IMG/VR virus record: IMGVR_UViG_3300045988_089052
Span: 1 to 38,404 of that record
Direction: 5' to 3' (one strand)
Source: a virus
DNA: 38,404 bases
Below, in pieces: positions 6,673 through 13,886 of the stretch (positions within the stretch are counted from its first letter, which is position 1; every line of letters begins with the position of its first letter). The position numbers and the translations under genes are program-made. The notes below the pieces were generated by a model. That model was given only the letters and a program-made list of their open reading frames with translations, was not told where the DNA came from and made no database searches.

Positions 6673-6700
6673 AAAAAAGGGCGGAGCATTCGCCCCGCCC
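6673..6700 (-). terminator. Rho-independent terminator between 6726..7295 and 6248..6652
   Basis: Minus-strand RNA GGGCGG-ggcgaaugcu-CCGCCC-UUUUUU, about 25 nt before the next ATG. Confidence 0.65.
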
Positions 6701-6725
6701 AAAAACCTCGGCCAGCAGGGCCTTA

Positions 6726-7295
6726 TCAGATGTTGGAGCAGCCACAGCCGCAGCCGCCGAAAAACGGGTTCATGCCTGCGCCAAATGTAGTAGCAGTCGG
6801 ATACCGGATAACGCCGCACATGGCGTTGTTCAGCTCCAGCGCGCTGACTTTATCGCGAAGAGCCTGCATCTCATTTTGCTGGATGAGCGCACGCGTCTGT
6901 TCGCCCTCGGCATGAACCGCCGTGGTGATCGCGCATGTGTTTCGGTCGCCCTGCGCTGCAAGGTTCGCTACAGCAAGCTGCGTATTGCAGCAGCAATCGG
7001 CAAGCTGCATCTGGATCGATCTGCCCTCGTTCAAAATGCTGTTGTTCAGCGCAAACGTGCTGTCACATACACCATTTCCAATGCTGGCAAGACGGTCGTT
7101 GATGCCCTGGAACTGCTGGCCGTACAGAATTTCCTGCTGCGTCGCAGCCGTGGCACCGTCATTTTTCCCGCTAAACCCGTTTGTACCAAACAGGAAAAGG
7201 AAAAGAATAATGATCCACCAGGCGCCGCCGCCAAAGCCTTCCGCGCCGCCGCCTTCCGTCACGGCTCGAATATCAGAGAGAGAATAGTTGTCCAT
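6726..7295 (-). CDS. Single-pass membrane protein, Cys-rich, with a C-terminal GGCGCGCSNI tail
   Basis: 189 aa. A Gly-rich N-terminus is followed by AWWIIILFLFLFG, which is YjcZ-like in style. It contains the CCC triplet in LADCCCNTQ. The gene is GC-rich relative to its neighbours. Confidence 0.6.
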   Translation of the reverse strand: MDNYSLSDIRAVTEGGGAEGFGGGAWWIIILFLFLFGTNGFSGKNDGATAATQQEILYGQQFQGINDRLASIGNGVCDSTFALNNSILNEGRSIQMQLADCCCNTQLAVANLAAQGDRNTCAITTAVHAEGEQTRALIQQNEMQALRDKVSALELNNAMCGVIRYPTATTFGAGMNPFFGGCGCGCSNI

Positions 7296-7345
7296 AGATA
7301 TCTCCTTTCAAAAGTTTTGTTTATCATAAACCGTGTGCACCCGGT

Positions 7346-7573
7346 CTACTTCAAAAAAGATTGCAAGCCTTGCGCTTGCTGCTTCAGTTGTTCAAATTGG
7401 GCCTGGGACATTTTCCCGCTTTTCAGCAGCTCATTCACCATTGCTTCAGGATCTTTCCCTTGCATCTGCTGCCTGAATTGCGAAAACTGTTGCAAAAGCT
7501 GCATGGGGTTATTCCCTTGCATCTGCGGGCTTGACGACATCCCTTTGGCCAGCATTGACAGCATAGGATTCAT
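7346..7573 (-). CDS. Gln/Met-rich small hypothetical protein
   Basis: 75 aa. GGAGGA lies 8 nt upstream of ATG 7573. The start sits 65 nt inside the preceding ORF. Confidence 0.5.
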   Translation of the reverse strand: MNPMLSMLAKGMSSSPQMQGNNPMQLLQQFSQFRQQMQGKDPEAMVNELLKSGKMSQAQFEQLKQQAQGLQSFLK

Positions 7574-7904
7574 TGAGCATTTCCTCCAATCGTTTAATCC
7601 TGTTTTCCAACGTTCTTACATCTACAGCCGGTTCCGGCTGGTACGGGCTTATTGTATATGGAGTAACCGTTTTATAGCCCGCGCCGTCCGTTTGCGCAAG
7701 CCAAACAATGGGTGCAGTATCATCCATCAAAATTACGTTGCTATTCGGTGCCATTTGCAGCGCTTTTGCACCATTTTCTCCGTTTACGTGAATCACTTCA
7801 TATCTTGGTATCTGCGCATTTTCCATAGCGCTTAAACGGCTTTGATAAGGGCTTACAACTTGAAAATTTTGCGGCTGCTGGTATCCCATAAATTGGTTAT
7901 ACAT
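7509..7904 (-). CDS. Hypothetical protein
   Basis: 131-aa ORF with a Q/P/Y-rich N-terminus, then YEVIHVNGENGAKALQMAPNSNVILMDDTAPIVWLAQTDGAGYKTV. No family recognised. Confidence 0.5.
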   Translation of the reverse strand: MYNQFMGYQQPQNFQVVSPYQSRLSAMENAQIPRYEVIHVNGENGAKALQMAPNSNVILMDDTAPIVWLAQTDGAGYKTVTPYTISPYQPEPAVDVRTLENRIKRLEEMLNESYAVNAGQRDVVKPADARE

Positions 7905-7918
7905 AATGCCTCACGCCT

Positions 7919-8155
7919 TTACACAGATTTTATTTCATGTTCTCTTTCCACAAGTTCCGCTTCCAGTTCAGTAAGCGTACCGTATACGCAGTGCTTGAAA
8001 TAGATATCAAGCGCGGTTTCCAAATCGTATCCTCCTACAGTCATTAAGCGGCGCACATAGTCCATGAAAAACATCCTTTCCGTGATTTCATCATAGCGCA
8101 AAAAAGCCCCCGGCCTGTCCAAAATACGGACAAGTCGGGGACGATTTAAGTGCAT
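7919..8155 (-). CDS. Hypothetical protein (start uncertain)
   Basis: 78-aa ORF with no SD at 8155. An internal ATG (MDYVRRL...) has AAAGGA about 9 nt upstream. Confidence 0.4.
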   Translation of the reverse strand: MHLNRPRLVRILDRPGAFLRYDEITERMFFMDYVRRLMTVGGYDLETALDIYFKHCVYGTLTELEAELVEREHEIKSV

Positions 8156-8162
8156 ATTTTGC

Positions 8163-8363
8163 TTAATATGGAAGTGTTGTTTTACCTCTGATGGATTTTA
8201 GCACATTGTTTATTGTGCCGCGGCTTACGTCCAGTTCAGCGGCAATCGATTCAATCTCCCATCCTTTACGGTAGAACAATTCAAACACGCACTTTTCGCG
8301 GTCTGTGAGCCATTGGTAAGAGGCCATCGCCTCAAGTTGATGGACCGTAAACCTGTATTTCAT
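8163..8363 (-). CDS. Sigma-70 region-4 / LuxR-type HTH-only protein
   Basis: 66 aa. LTDREKCVFELFYRKGWEIESIAAELDVSRGTINNVLKSIRGK has the region-4.2 HTH pattern. Confidence 0.6.
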   Translation of the reverse strand: MKYRFTVHQLEAMASYQWLTDREKCVFELFYRKGWEIESIAAELDVSRGTINNVLKSIRGKTTLPY

Positions 8364-8381
8364 ATTCTTACCTTCAGAATA

Positions 8382-8561
8382 TTATAAAATATCGTCGATT
8401 TTACATTTTAAAGCTTCAGCTAAGGCTTTCGCCATTTTTAAAGATGGGTCATTTGTTCCATTTTCCCATCTTGCTACGCATACTTGAGAACACCCTACTT
8501 TTTCAGCAAGTTCAACTTGTGTTAGGCCTGCTTTTTTACGAACTTCTTTTAATTTTTCCAT
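8382..8561 (-). CDS. XRE-family HTH protein (59 aa), missing from the ORF track
   Basis: My own translation: MEKLKEVRKKAGLTQVELAEKVGCSQVCVARWENGTNDPSLKMAKALAEALKCKIDDIL. It has a TAATG overlap with the upstream gene. Confidence 0.7.
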   Translation of the reverse strand: MEKLKEVRKKAGLTQVELAEKVGCSQVCVARWENGTNDPSLKMAKALAEALKCKIDDIL

Positions 8562-8854
8562 TACGAAAACCTCGGAATTTTGAACTGTGCTGTATCGCGG
8601 TCTGGGCGCTCAACGCGAATTTCAAGGAGCTCAATATCGGTGTTACACATGTCAAATTCTTCATCGTATGAGCGCTTCAAATCGATGTAGTATTCCCACT
8701 TCCCGATTTTATCATCTTGACCAACGACCCATTGTTCCCCATCTTCTTGGCACTCAGTTGCAGCCTGTTCGATTTCTTCCCATACAGCTGCGCCGTCTAC
8801 GACGAGGCCAGTGTTTTTCAAAAAGAAGTCTTCAAGTATTGTGTTTCTATTCAT
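8561..8854 (-). CDS. Strongly acidic hypothetical protein
   Basis: 97 aa. I count about 24 Asp/Glu against about 11 Lys/Arg. It is translationally coupled to the XRE gene. Confidence 0.55.
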   Translation of the reverse strand: MNRNTILEDFFLKNTGLVVDGAAVWEEIEQAATECQEDGEQWVVGQDDKIGKWEYYIDLKRSYDEEFDMCNTDIELLEIRVERPDRDTAQFKIPRFS

Positions 8855-8881
8855 AACTCATTCTCCTTTTTTTGTTTAAAA

Positions 8882-9184
8882 TTAAAAGCTCTCACAGCAG
8901 GACTTTGGAACCCAGTGCTTAACTGTGCCAAACTCGCTGAACCACTTAACAAGGATTGCTTTTTCTGTTTCTCGCTCAATCTTAGCATCGTCCGAAACGC
9001 TGATCGCATAGCGCTCGCCGCTCGTGAACTCTTTATTTAAAAACCAGCTTTTTACAACGATCTTGTGGGCAAGAGCCTTAGCGCAAGCCCACGCAGCTTT
9101 CAGGCTTTCAGAAAATGTACGTCCGCCTTCGCGGTAAAAGCTCCAAGCGTCTTTCATGATCTGGATAAGATTGAACTTTTTCAT
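8882..9184 (-). CDS. Hypothetical protein (first gene of the accessory island)
   Basis: 100 aa with GGAGGAATCAGAAATG. The C-terminal ETEKAILVKW...WVPKS motif is common in small phage/plasmid proteins of unknown function. Confidence 0.55.
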   Translation of the reverse strand: MKKFNLIQIMKDAWSFYREGGRTFSESLKAAWACAKALAHKIVVKSWFLNKEFTSGERYAISVSDDAKIERETEKAILVKWFSEFGTVKHWVPKSCCESF

Positions 9185-9225
9185 TTCTGATTCCTCCGTT
9201 TGTTCCCTTGTCTATGTCTATATTA

Positions 9226-9243
9226 TATAACAAGTTTGTTATA
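9226..9243. promoter_or_regulatory. Perfect palindrome TATAACAA-gt-TTGTTATA overlapping a TATAAT box
   Basis: 8-bp arms, lying between the late terminator and gene 9184. The minus strand reads ...TTGTTATATAAT..., which contains a -10 hexamer. Confidence 0.55.
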
Positions 9244-9251
9244 AAACATGT

Positions 9252-9287
9252 AAAAAAACAAGGGGCTACCCAAGCGGATAGCCCCTA
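9252..9287 (-). terminator. Rho-independent terminator ending the late/lysis operon
   Basis: Minus-strand RNA AGGGGCUA-uccgcuuggg-UAGCCCCU followed by UGUUUUUUU, 5 nt after the holin stop. Confidence 0.85.
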
Positions 9288-9291
9288 AGGA

Positions 9292-9585
9292 TTACTCCGT
9301 TTTGTTTTTTTGTTTAAGAATCTGGTTTACATACACGCTGCACCCAGCTGCAAGCACACCCTGCACAATGGCCGTAAACAGCGCCAGAACGACGCTTTGC
9401 CATCCGGTAATGGTGGAGGTCGATATTACCCACAAAGCCGCCAAAACGATGCCAGCAGCGCCCAGCGTAATGGGGATATTCTTATCCTTTACGGCTTGCG
9501 CATTTTTCAGTGCCATGCCCAAAAAGTAGAGCACAACGGGCAGCACCGCAAGCTCCGGTTTGATATAGTTCATAATCTGTTCCAT
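9292..9585 (-). CDS. Holin
   Basis: 97 aa with three hydrophobic segments and a charged C-terminus (KQKNKTE). KPELAVLPVVLYFLGMALK...IPITLGAAGIVLAALWV resembles A118/phiLC3-type holins. It is adjacent to the endolysin. Confidence 0.8.
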   Translation of the reverse strand: MEQIMNYIKPELAVLPVVLYFLGMALKNAQAVKDKNIPITLGAAGIVLAALWVISTSTITGWQSVVLALFTAIVQGVLAAGCSVYVNQILKQKNKTE

Positions 9586-9599
9586 ATGTTCCTCCTACG

Positions 9600-9848
9600 T
9601 TATTTCTGTTCCAAAAGCGTAATGCGCTTCTCGTGATTTTCAATCCTGCCATCCTGCTCGTCGTTGTGCTCCCAAAGCCGGCGGTGACTTTCTCTCGCAG
9701 ACTTTTTCTGCTCTTGCATGTCGTTTTTCAACGTATCAAGCAACACCGTCAGTTTTGTGAGGTTGCTGTTGAGTTTAATAACCGGAGCGCCTACTGTAGC
9801 AAGCAGGCCAACCAGAGCAACAAGCACTGTTATAACAGTCCATTCCAT
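9600..9848 (-). CDS. Membrane-anchored coiled-coil protein, lysis accessory (XhlA-like by position and architecture)
   Basis: 82 aa with an N-terminal TM segment (VITVLVALVGLLATVGAPVI) followed by a charged coiled coil. It sits between the endolysin and the holin. Confidence 0.45.
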   Translation of the reverse strand: MEWTVITVLVALVGLLATVGAPVIKLNSNLTKLTVLLDTLKNDMQEQKKSARESHRRLWEHNDEQDGRIENHEKRITLLEQK

Positions 9849-9853
9849 GGAGG

Positions 9854-10564
9854 TTATACCTCCTTTATATCCAAGTATTTACCGTTGGAATCTTCAATGC
9901 ACGCCCATCCTCCAGAACCCTCATCGGTAAGGAGGAAAGCCCAGCCGTTTCGGGTCTGTTTCAGGTCGTATACTTTCCCTTTAACGAGCGTTGCAATGGC
10001 ATCGTTAGCGTTGAAGTCGTCCGCCTTTGGATATGGGCGCAATCTCAAACCATCCACAAGCACCGTAGCTTTGTAAAGCTTGTCCACATCTTCCGAAGGA
10101 TGGTCAAGCGTATCATTGCCGTTGTAAGTAGCTGCTTTATTCGGCAAATCGCTCCACGCGGACGGCTCAACAGCTGTGCCATTTACCTGTACCTCAAAGT
10201 GCAGGTGACGGCCTGTAACCTGCCCCGTGCTGCCAGCAACGCCAATTACATCGCCCTGACGTACCGTTTTCCCAACTTTCACGGTAATGGTTTTCAGGTG
10301 CTGGTAAATTTCGACCACGCCCGGCGCTGTCTGCACCTTTACCAGATTGCCGCGTCCACCGTTATAACCTGTGCTCACAGCTGTTACCGTTCCGCCCGTC
10401 ACCTCCCGAACAGCCCATGCGCTTTCGGGCAGTGCCTGTCCGGCCTGTTGCGTCGGAACAATATCCTGCCCCTTATGCTGCTCCTTGATGAGACGGCCAT
10501 TATACCAGTATTCTCGGTATCCGTAAGGGCTTGTAATTCTGTTGATTCCTGCAAATGGTGTCAT
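9854..10564 (-). CDS. Endolysin: M23 peptidase domain plus a C-terminal SH3b-like wall-binding domain
   Basis: HKGQDI (HxxxD) and GRHLHFEV (HxH) are the M23 zinc motifs. The C-terminal ~70 aa (YKATVLVDGLRLRPYP...GWAFL...GWACIED) looks SH3-like. Confidence 0.85.
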   Translation of the reverse strand: MTPFAGINRITSPYGYREYWYNGRLIKEQHKGQDIVPTQQAGQALPESAWAVREVTGGTVTAVSTGYNGGRGNLVKVQTAPGVVEIYQHLKTITVKVGKTVRQGDVIGVAGSTGQVTGRHLHFEVQVNGTAVEPSAWSDLPNKAATYNGNDTLDHPSEDVDKLYKATVLVDGLRLRPYPKADDFNANDAIATLVKGKVYDLKQTRNGWAFLLTDEGSGGWACIEDSNGKYLDIKEV

Positions 10565-10577
10565 GATGTTTGCCTCC

Positions 10578-10703
10578 TTAATATGTTTTGCTTGTAATTT
10601 CCTTATATTGCGTTTCTGAAATGATATTTTTTAGAACGGCCTGCCGCACCTGCGCGGCGCTCCACAGGCCCATGTCGTACCACTTTTTAATGTTGTCGTA
10701 CAT
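10578..10703 (-). CDS. xkdX: XkdX-family small protein (41 aa), missing from the ORF track
   Basis: My own translation: MYDNIKKWYDMGLWSAAQVRQAVLKNIISETQYKEITSKTY. This matches the XkdX pattern (W/Y..Y....GL.....V...V.KG.IT..EY..IT). Confidence 0.7.
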   Translation of the reverse strand: MYDNIKKWYDMGLWSAAQVRQAVLKNIISETQYKEITSKTY

Positions 10704-10705
10704 GC

Positions 10706-11050
10706 TTAACCCTCCAGCATCGTGTCCGTCATCATGGCCGTGTACGCAATCTGCGCCTCCACCCGGTCAAGCGGCGTCGGATCCGGCGCGGGCCGCGCGG
10801 CGATCTCTGCCGCCTTCTCCGCCTCTGTGCGTAGGGCGGGCGTACCGTTTGCCAGCTTGTAGTTCGCGCAGCCATCCGGCCCGAACAATGGTAGCGGGAA
10901 ATAGTTCCCTTGCGCGTGGTGGTATTTGTCGCCATACCCTTCATCAATAGCCGTCCAGCCCGCCGTGTCAGCCATAAACGCGATGCTGTTTACCTCTACA
11001 ATTCGTCCCGTTTCATCTGCTCGCACATATACTGTATACTTTTCATCCAT
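10706..11050 (-). CDS. Hypothetical tail-fibre-associated protein (XkdW position)
   Basis: ATG 11050 (MDEKYTVYVRADETG...) rather than the track start at 11086. It sits between the fibre gene and xkdX. Confidence 0.5.
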   Translation of the reverse strand: MDEKYTVYVRADETGRIVEVNSIAFMADTAGWTAIDEGYGDKYHHAQGNYFPLPLFGPDGCANYKLANGTPALRTEAEKAAEIAARPAPDPTPLDRVEAQIAYTAMMTDTMLEG

Positions 11051-11063
11051 TGTTTTCCCTCCT

Positions 11064-13877
11064 CTATAGGTCCGCAGACAAATCAAAATAACCTAACATC
11101 GACGCTGCGGCCGAATTTTGCCCTTGCTCAGTTATTTTTGTTTCTACTGTAAAGGCCATTGGCTGGGCATCTAAGGCGTTAATTGTGCAACCAAAAGTAT
11201 ATGGCGTACTATGAGCCGAAATTGTTGGCTTAATTCGCATAACTTGTAGTGTAGACTGAGAAAAACGATAGAGCATATCTTTCAATGTAGGATAGATTCT
11301 CCAGTCCGCATGAACACGTTGAAAATACCGCAAACACTCCGCCAGCTCCGCCCCGTATCCCTTCGGCACATAAGGCGTGGCCACGCTGCCTTTTTCAAGT
11401 TTTACCCAATTGATTTTTACCGATTTGTTTTCTTTCAAAAAAACGATTACGTGGCATACATTCTCTTTGATGCAACCGATTTTCACTCCGCCCCAATCCT
11501 GCTCTATCACATATGGCAAATCGGAAACGGACGTGTCTATTTTCAATTCCAATTTAGCCGTACCATTCAAAATACCGCTTTCGGTAGAAATAGACGCAGT
11601 AACGGTATCGCCAATTTTTATTTTTTTAAGCGGGATAATTTGTCGTAGTTGTGAGCCATATGTGTGAGAACTCCCTGCAGAGGTCACAGTTTGTGAAGCA
11701 AGTGTGTACTTTGCTTCAACCAGTTGCCACCGATCAGGCCCGTATCCAATGCCGGTTAGATAGTCGTAAACAGCTTCGCCCCTCTGGTTCACCGGATTCG
11801 TGAAATCGCTGTTGTCCAGCAGGTTCGGATACACCGCACCGTTCACCAGCTTATTTACTACGGAAAACCGCTTCTTAATCTTCCCGAACAGCACAGACAG
11901 CTTTTCCCCGCTGGCAATATCCGCGTCCTGTGCCGTTTCGGTGAATGCTACGGTGTTATTCGACACGTCGCTACGGGAGCCAATCAGCTCCGTCATCCGC
12001 ACCTCAAGTTCCCCGCCCGTCATGATGGTGAGCGGGCCGGATGGGTTGTCGAAGTCCAGAGAGTCTGTGGCGTAGGTTTCGGGGGTGGCGAGCTGATAGG
12101 CTACTTGGATGGGCGTGCCTGCTGCTTTTTGGGCGGCGAGGTAGGATTTCCAGTTATCGACCGAATCATACGAATTGTCTGCAAAGCCCAAAGACGTGCC
12201 GCCGTAATCATAGGCGTATACGCATAGGCTTGTGCGATTGCTGTACGATGCGCTTTTGTAACGGTCGCAAATCACGGTTGGTTCATTATCAACAAATCTA
12301 CCATTTGGCAATCCTCGGTCGAATAAAAAATAATTGGTGCCAGACGCTGTATTCAACCGCCAATTTTCCGTCCCATCCAGCTCCAAAAAGCCCACGTTAT
12401 ATGTGCTTTCCATCACGTCCAGCCCGTTGGTGCCGTCGTAGGCGGTGCTTTGATAGTAGACGGTGAGGGGATTAGATGCAAAAAAAGTGGTAGGATTCGC
12501 GTTGTTCGGCAGATACACTCGGATTGTACCGTTCTTCGAATTTGCGGCAATTCCCACTTTCCTGCTATACAAAGCATCGTCTTCTTTCGCCATGAGATAG
12601 CTGGACTCAATATGATTTCCAAGCGCTATGTCGTTGCACGAAATCAAATAGGTAACACCTGCACCGCTCTGTTCCCAATCCTCACTTCCATCCAGCACAA
12701 TGCGCTTGTCGTAGATACTCTTAACTCGCGTAATACACTTATCAGCAACATCACCAATTCGAAGCAACTCACGCGGTATAGGCAACTGTGTTATACTACC
12801 GTTGTATGGTTCATAGGGTAATGCGGTTGAACCAAGGTTGAGCATGGGGTAGACAGTGGTATCAACTACCGAATCAGGCGCGACAGCAATATACGCAACA
12901 CAGTGTTTTATTGGTGTGGGAAGCTCGAATGTTTTACTCGTAGTCGCCGAAACAGCGATATGCTTCGTTCCTGAAGTATCTTTTCCAATCACCAGATTTA
13001 CACCAGCCGCCTGCATGTTTGAGTTAAGAGTATAAGTTCCGGCAGGCAAAGAGAAATCTGCATCAATGACGATGTTGCCCCAACTGGACGCGGTTCCTTT
13101 AGCAGTGACGCTTTTATCCGGATTTACGGTATACGTTATTCCGGCAACTGTCTTCGTTATCGCTTTATTCGGCAGCAAATTCCGCCCGCACACCTGCACC
13201 GAATCCACACCCGTAAGCGCCACCGGAGCCTCCACCGTTCCGCCCTGCGGGGTTTCGCCGTAAGCGGTGATGGATGCGATACGCTGCGCGCCCGCGTAGG
13301 CGATGGAGACGGGCGCGCCGCTGTATGTAACGGGTTGGCCGGCAGCCCAGTCTTTGGACATTGCGGCGCTATCTGCGGCGTCCTGTGCGCTTTGTGCGGC
13401 GTTTTCGGCTTGCTCTGTCGCGTCAGTTACGGCTTGTAGCGCTTTTGCAATTTCCGCTGTAAGCACGTTGTAATAATCGCTGGATATGATTTTTGCGTCA
13501 GTCAGGACGCTTTCCTCTACAGAAATTTCAAACGTAAATGTTGTAAGTTTTTCTGATGCAGCATTATACATGTTGATTTCGCAATGGACGCAGCCTGACA
13601 CGGTCAATACCTGTTCCACAAGTTCGACCGTAACCGTATTGCCAGATACAGTAATGGCAGGAGAGTTGTCCGGCAGCGCGTCATAAAAGCCCGCTGTGCC
13701 GTCTGGTTTTTTATATCGGAAAGCAATCTCTGTTCCGCTTGGCACCTGATAGTCTAATCTCCCAACGTATAGATGCGCCGCGATATAACGTGTGTTTCGG
13801 TCGTTTTGTTTTGCCTTTATAATGACCGGACTACCCGTTTCAAGTAAATCAAGCGTTATGTTTTTTGTTACTTGCAT
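11064..13877 (-). CDS. Tail fibre / receptor-binding protein with a BppU-like N-terminal domain
   Basis: 937 aa. The N-terminus MQVTKNITLDLLETGSPVIIKAKQNDRNTRYIAAHLY resembles the baseplate upper protein N domain. An Ala/Gln-rich coiled coil (AENAAQSAQDAADSAAMSKDWA) follows. Positioned after Tal. Confidence 0.75.
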   Translation of the reverse strand: MQVTKNITLDLLETGSPVIIKAKQNDRNTRYIAAHLYVGRLDYQVPSGTEIAFRYKKPDGTAGFYDALPDNSPAITVSGNTVTVELVEQVLTVSGCVHCEINMYNAASEKLTTFTFEISVEESVLTDAKIISSDYYNVLTAEIAKALQAVTDATEQAENAAQSAQDAADSAAMSKDWAAGQPVTYSGAPVSIAYAGAQRIASITAYGETPQGGTVEAPVALTGVDSVQVCGRNLLPNKAITKTVAGITYTVNPDKSVTAKGTASSWGNIVIDADFSLPAGTYTLNSNMQAAGVNLVIGKDTSGTKHIAVSATTSKTFELPTPIKHCVAYIAVAPDSVVDTTVYPMLNLGSTALPYEPYNGSITQLPIPRELLRIGDVADKCITRVKSIYDKRIVLDGSEDWEQSGAGVTYLISCNDIALGNHIESSYLMAKEDDALYSRKVGIAANSKNGTIRVYLPNNANPTTFFASNPLTVYYQSTAYDGTNGLDVMESTYNVGFLELDGTENWRLNTASGTNYFLFDRGLPNGRFVDNEPTVICDRYKSASYSNRTSLCVYAYDYGGTSLGFADNSYDSVDNWKSYLAAQKAAGTPIQVAYQLATPETYATDSLDFDNPSGPLTIMTGGELEVRMTELIGSRSDVSNNTVAFTETAQDADIASGEKLSVLFGKIKKRFSVVNKLVNGAVYPNLLDNSDFTNPVNQRGEAVYDYLTGIGYGPDRWQLVEAKYTLASQTVTSAGSSHTYGSQLRQIIPLKKIKIGDTVTASISTESGILNGTAKLELKIDTSVSDLPYVIEQDWGGVKIGCIKENVCHVIVFLKENKSVKINWVKLEKGSVATPYVPKGYGAELAECLRYFQRVHADWRIYPTLKDMLYRFSQSTLQVMRIKPTISAHSTPYTFGCTINALDAQPMAFTVETKITEQGQNSAAASMLGYFDLSADL

Positions 13878-13886
13878 GTTGCCTCC

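Noticed and set aside
6876-7835. 319-aa plus-strand ORF, together with 6221..6790, 6730..6915 and 6922..7287 on the plus strand.
   Set aside because: They lie antisense to well-supported, coupled minus-strand genes. Their composition is Cys/Arg/Phe-rich and low-complexity, they have no SD, and they cross several minus-strand gene boundaries. They are shadow ORFs in a GC-rich stretch.
12041-12822. Plus-strand ORFs inside the tail-fibre gene (12041..12466, 12450..12821), as possible nested or antisense genes.
   Set aside because: They have no SD and an Arg/Cys-rich composition. They lie wholly within a long, continuous minus-strand ORF whose N-terminal domain is recognisable.
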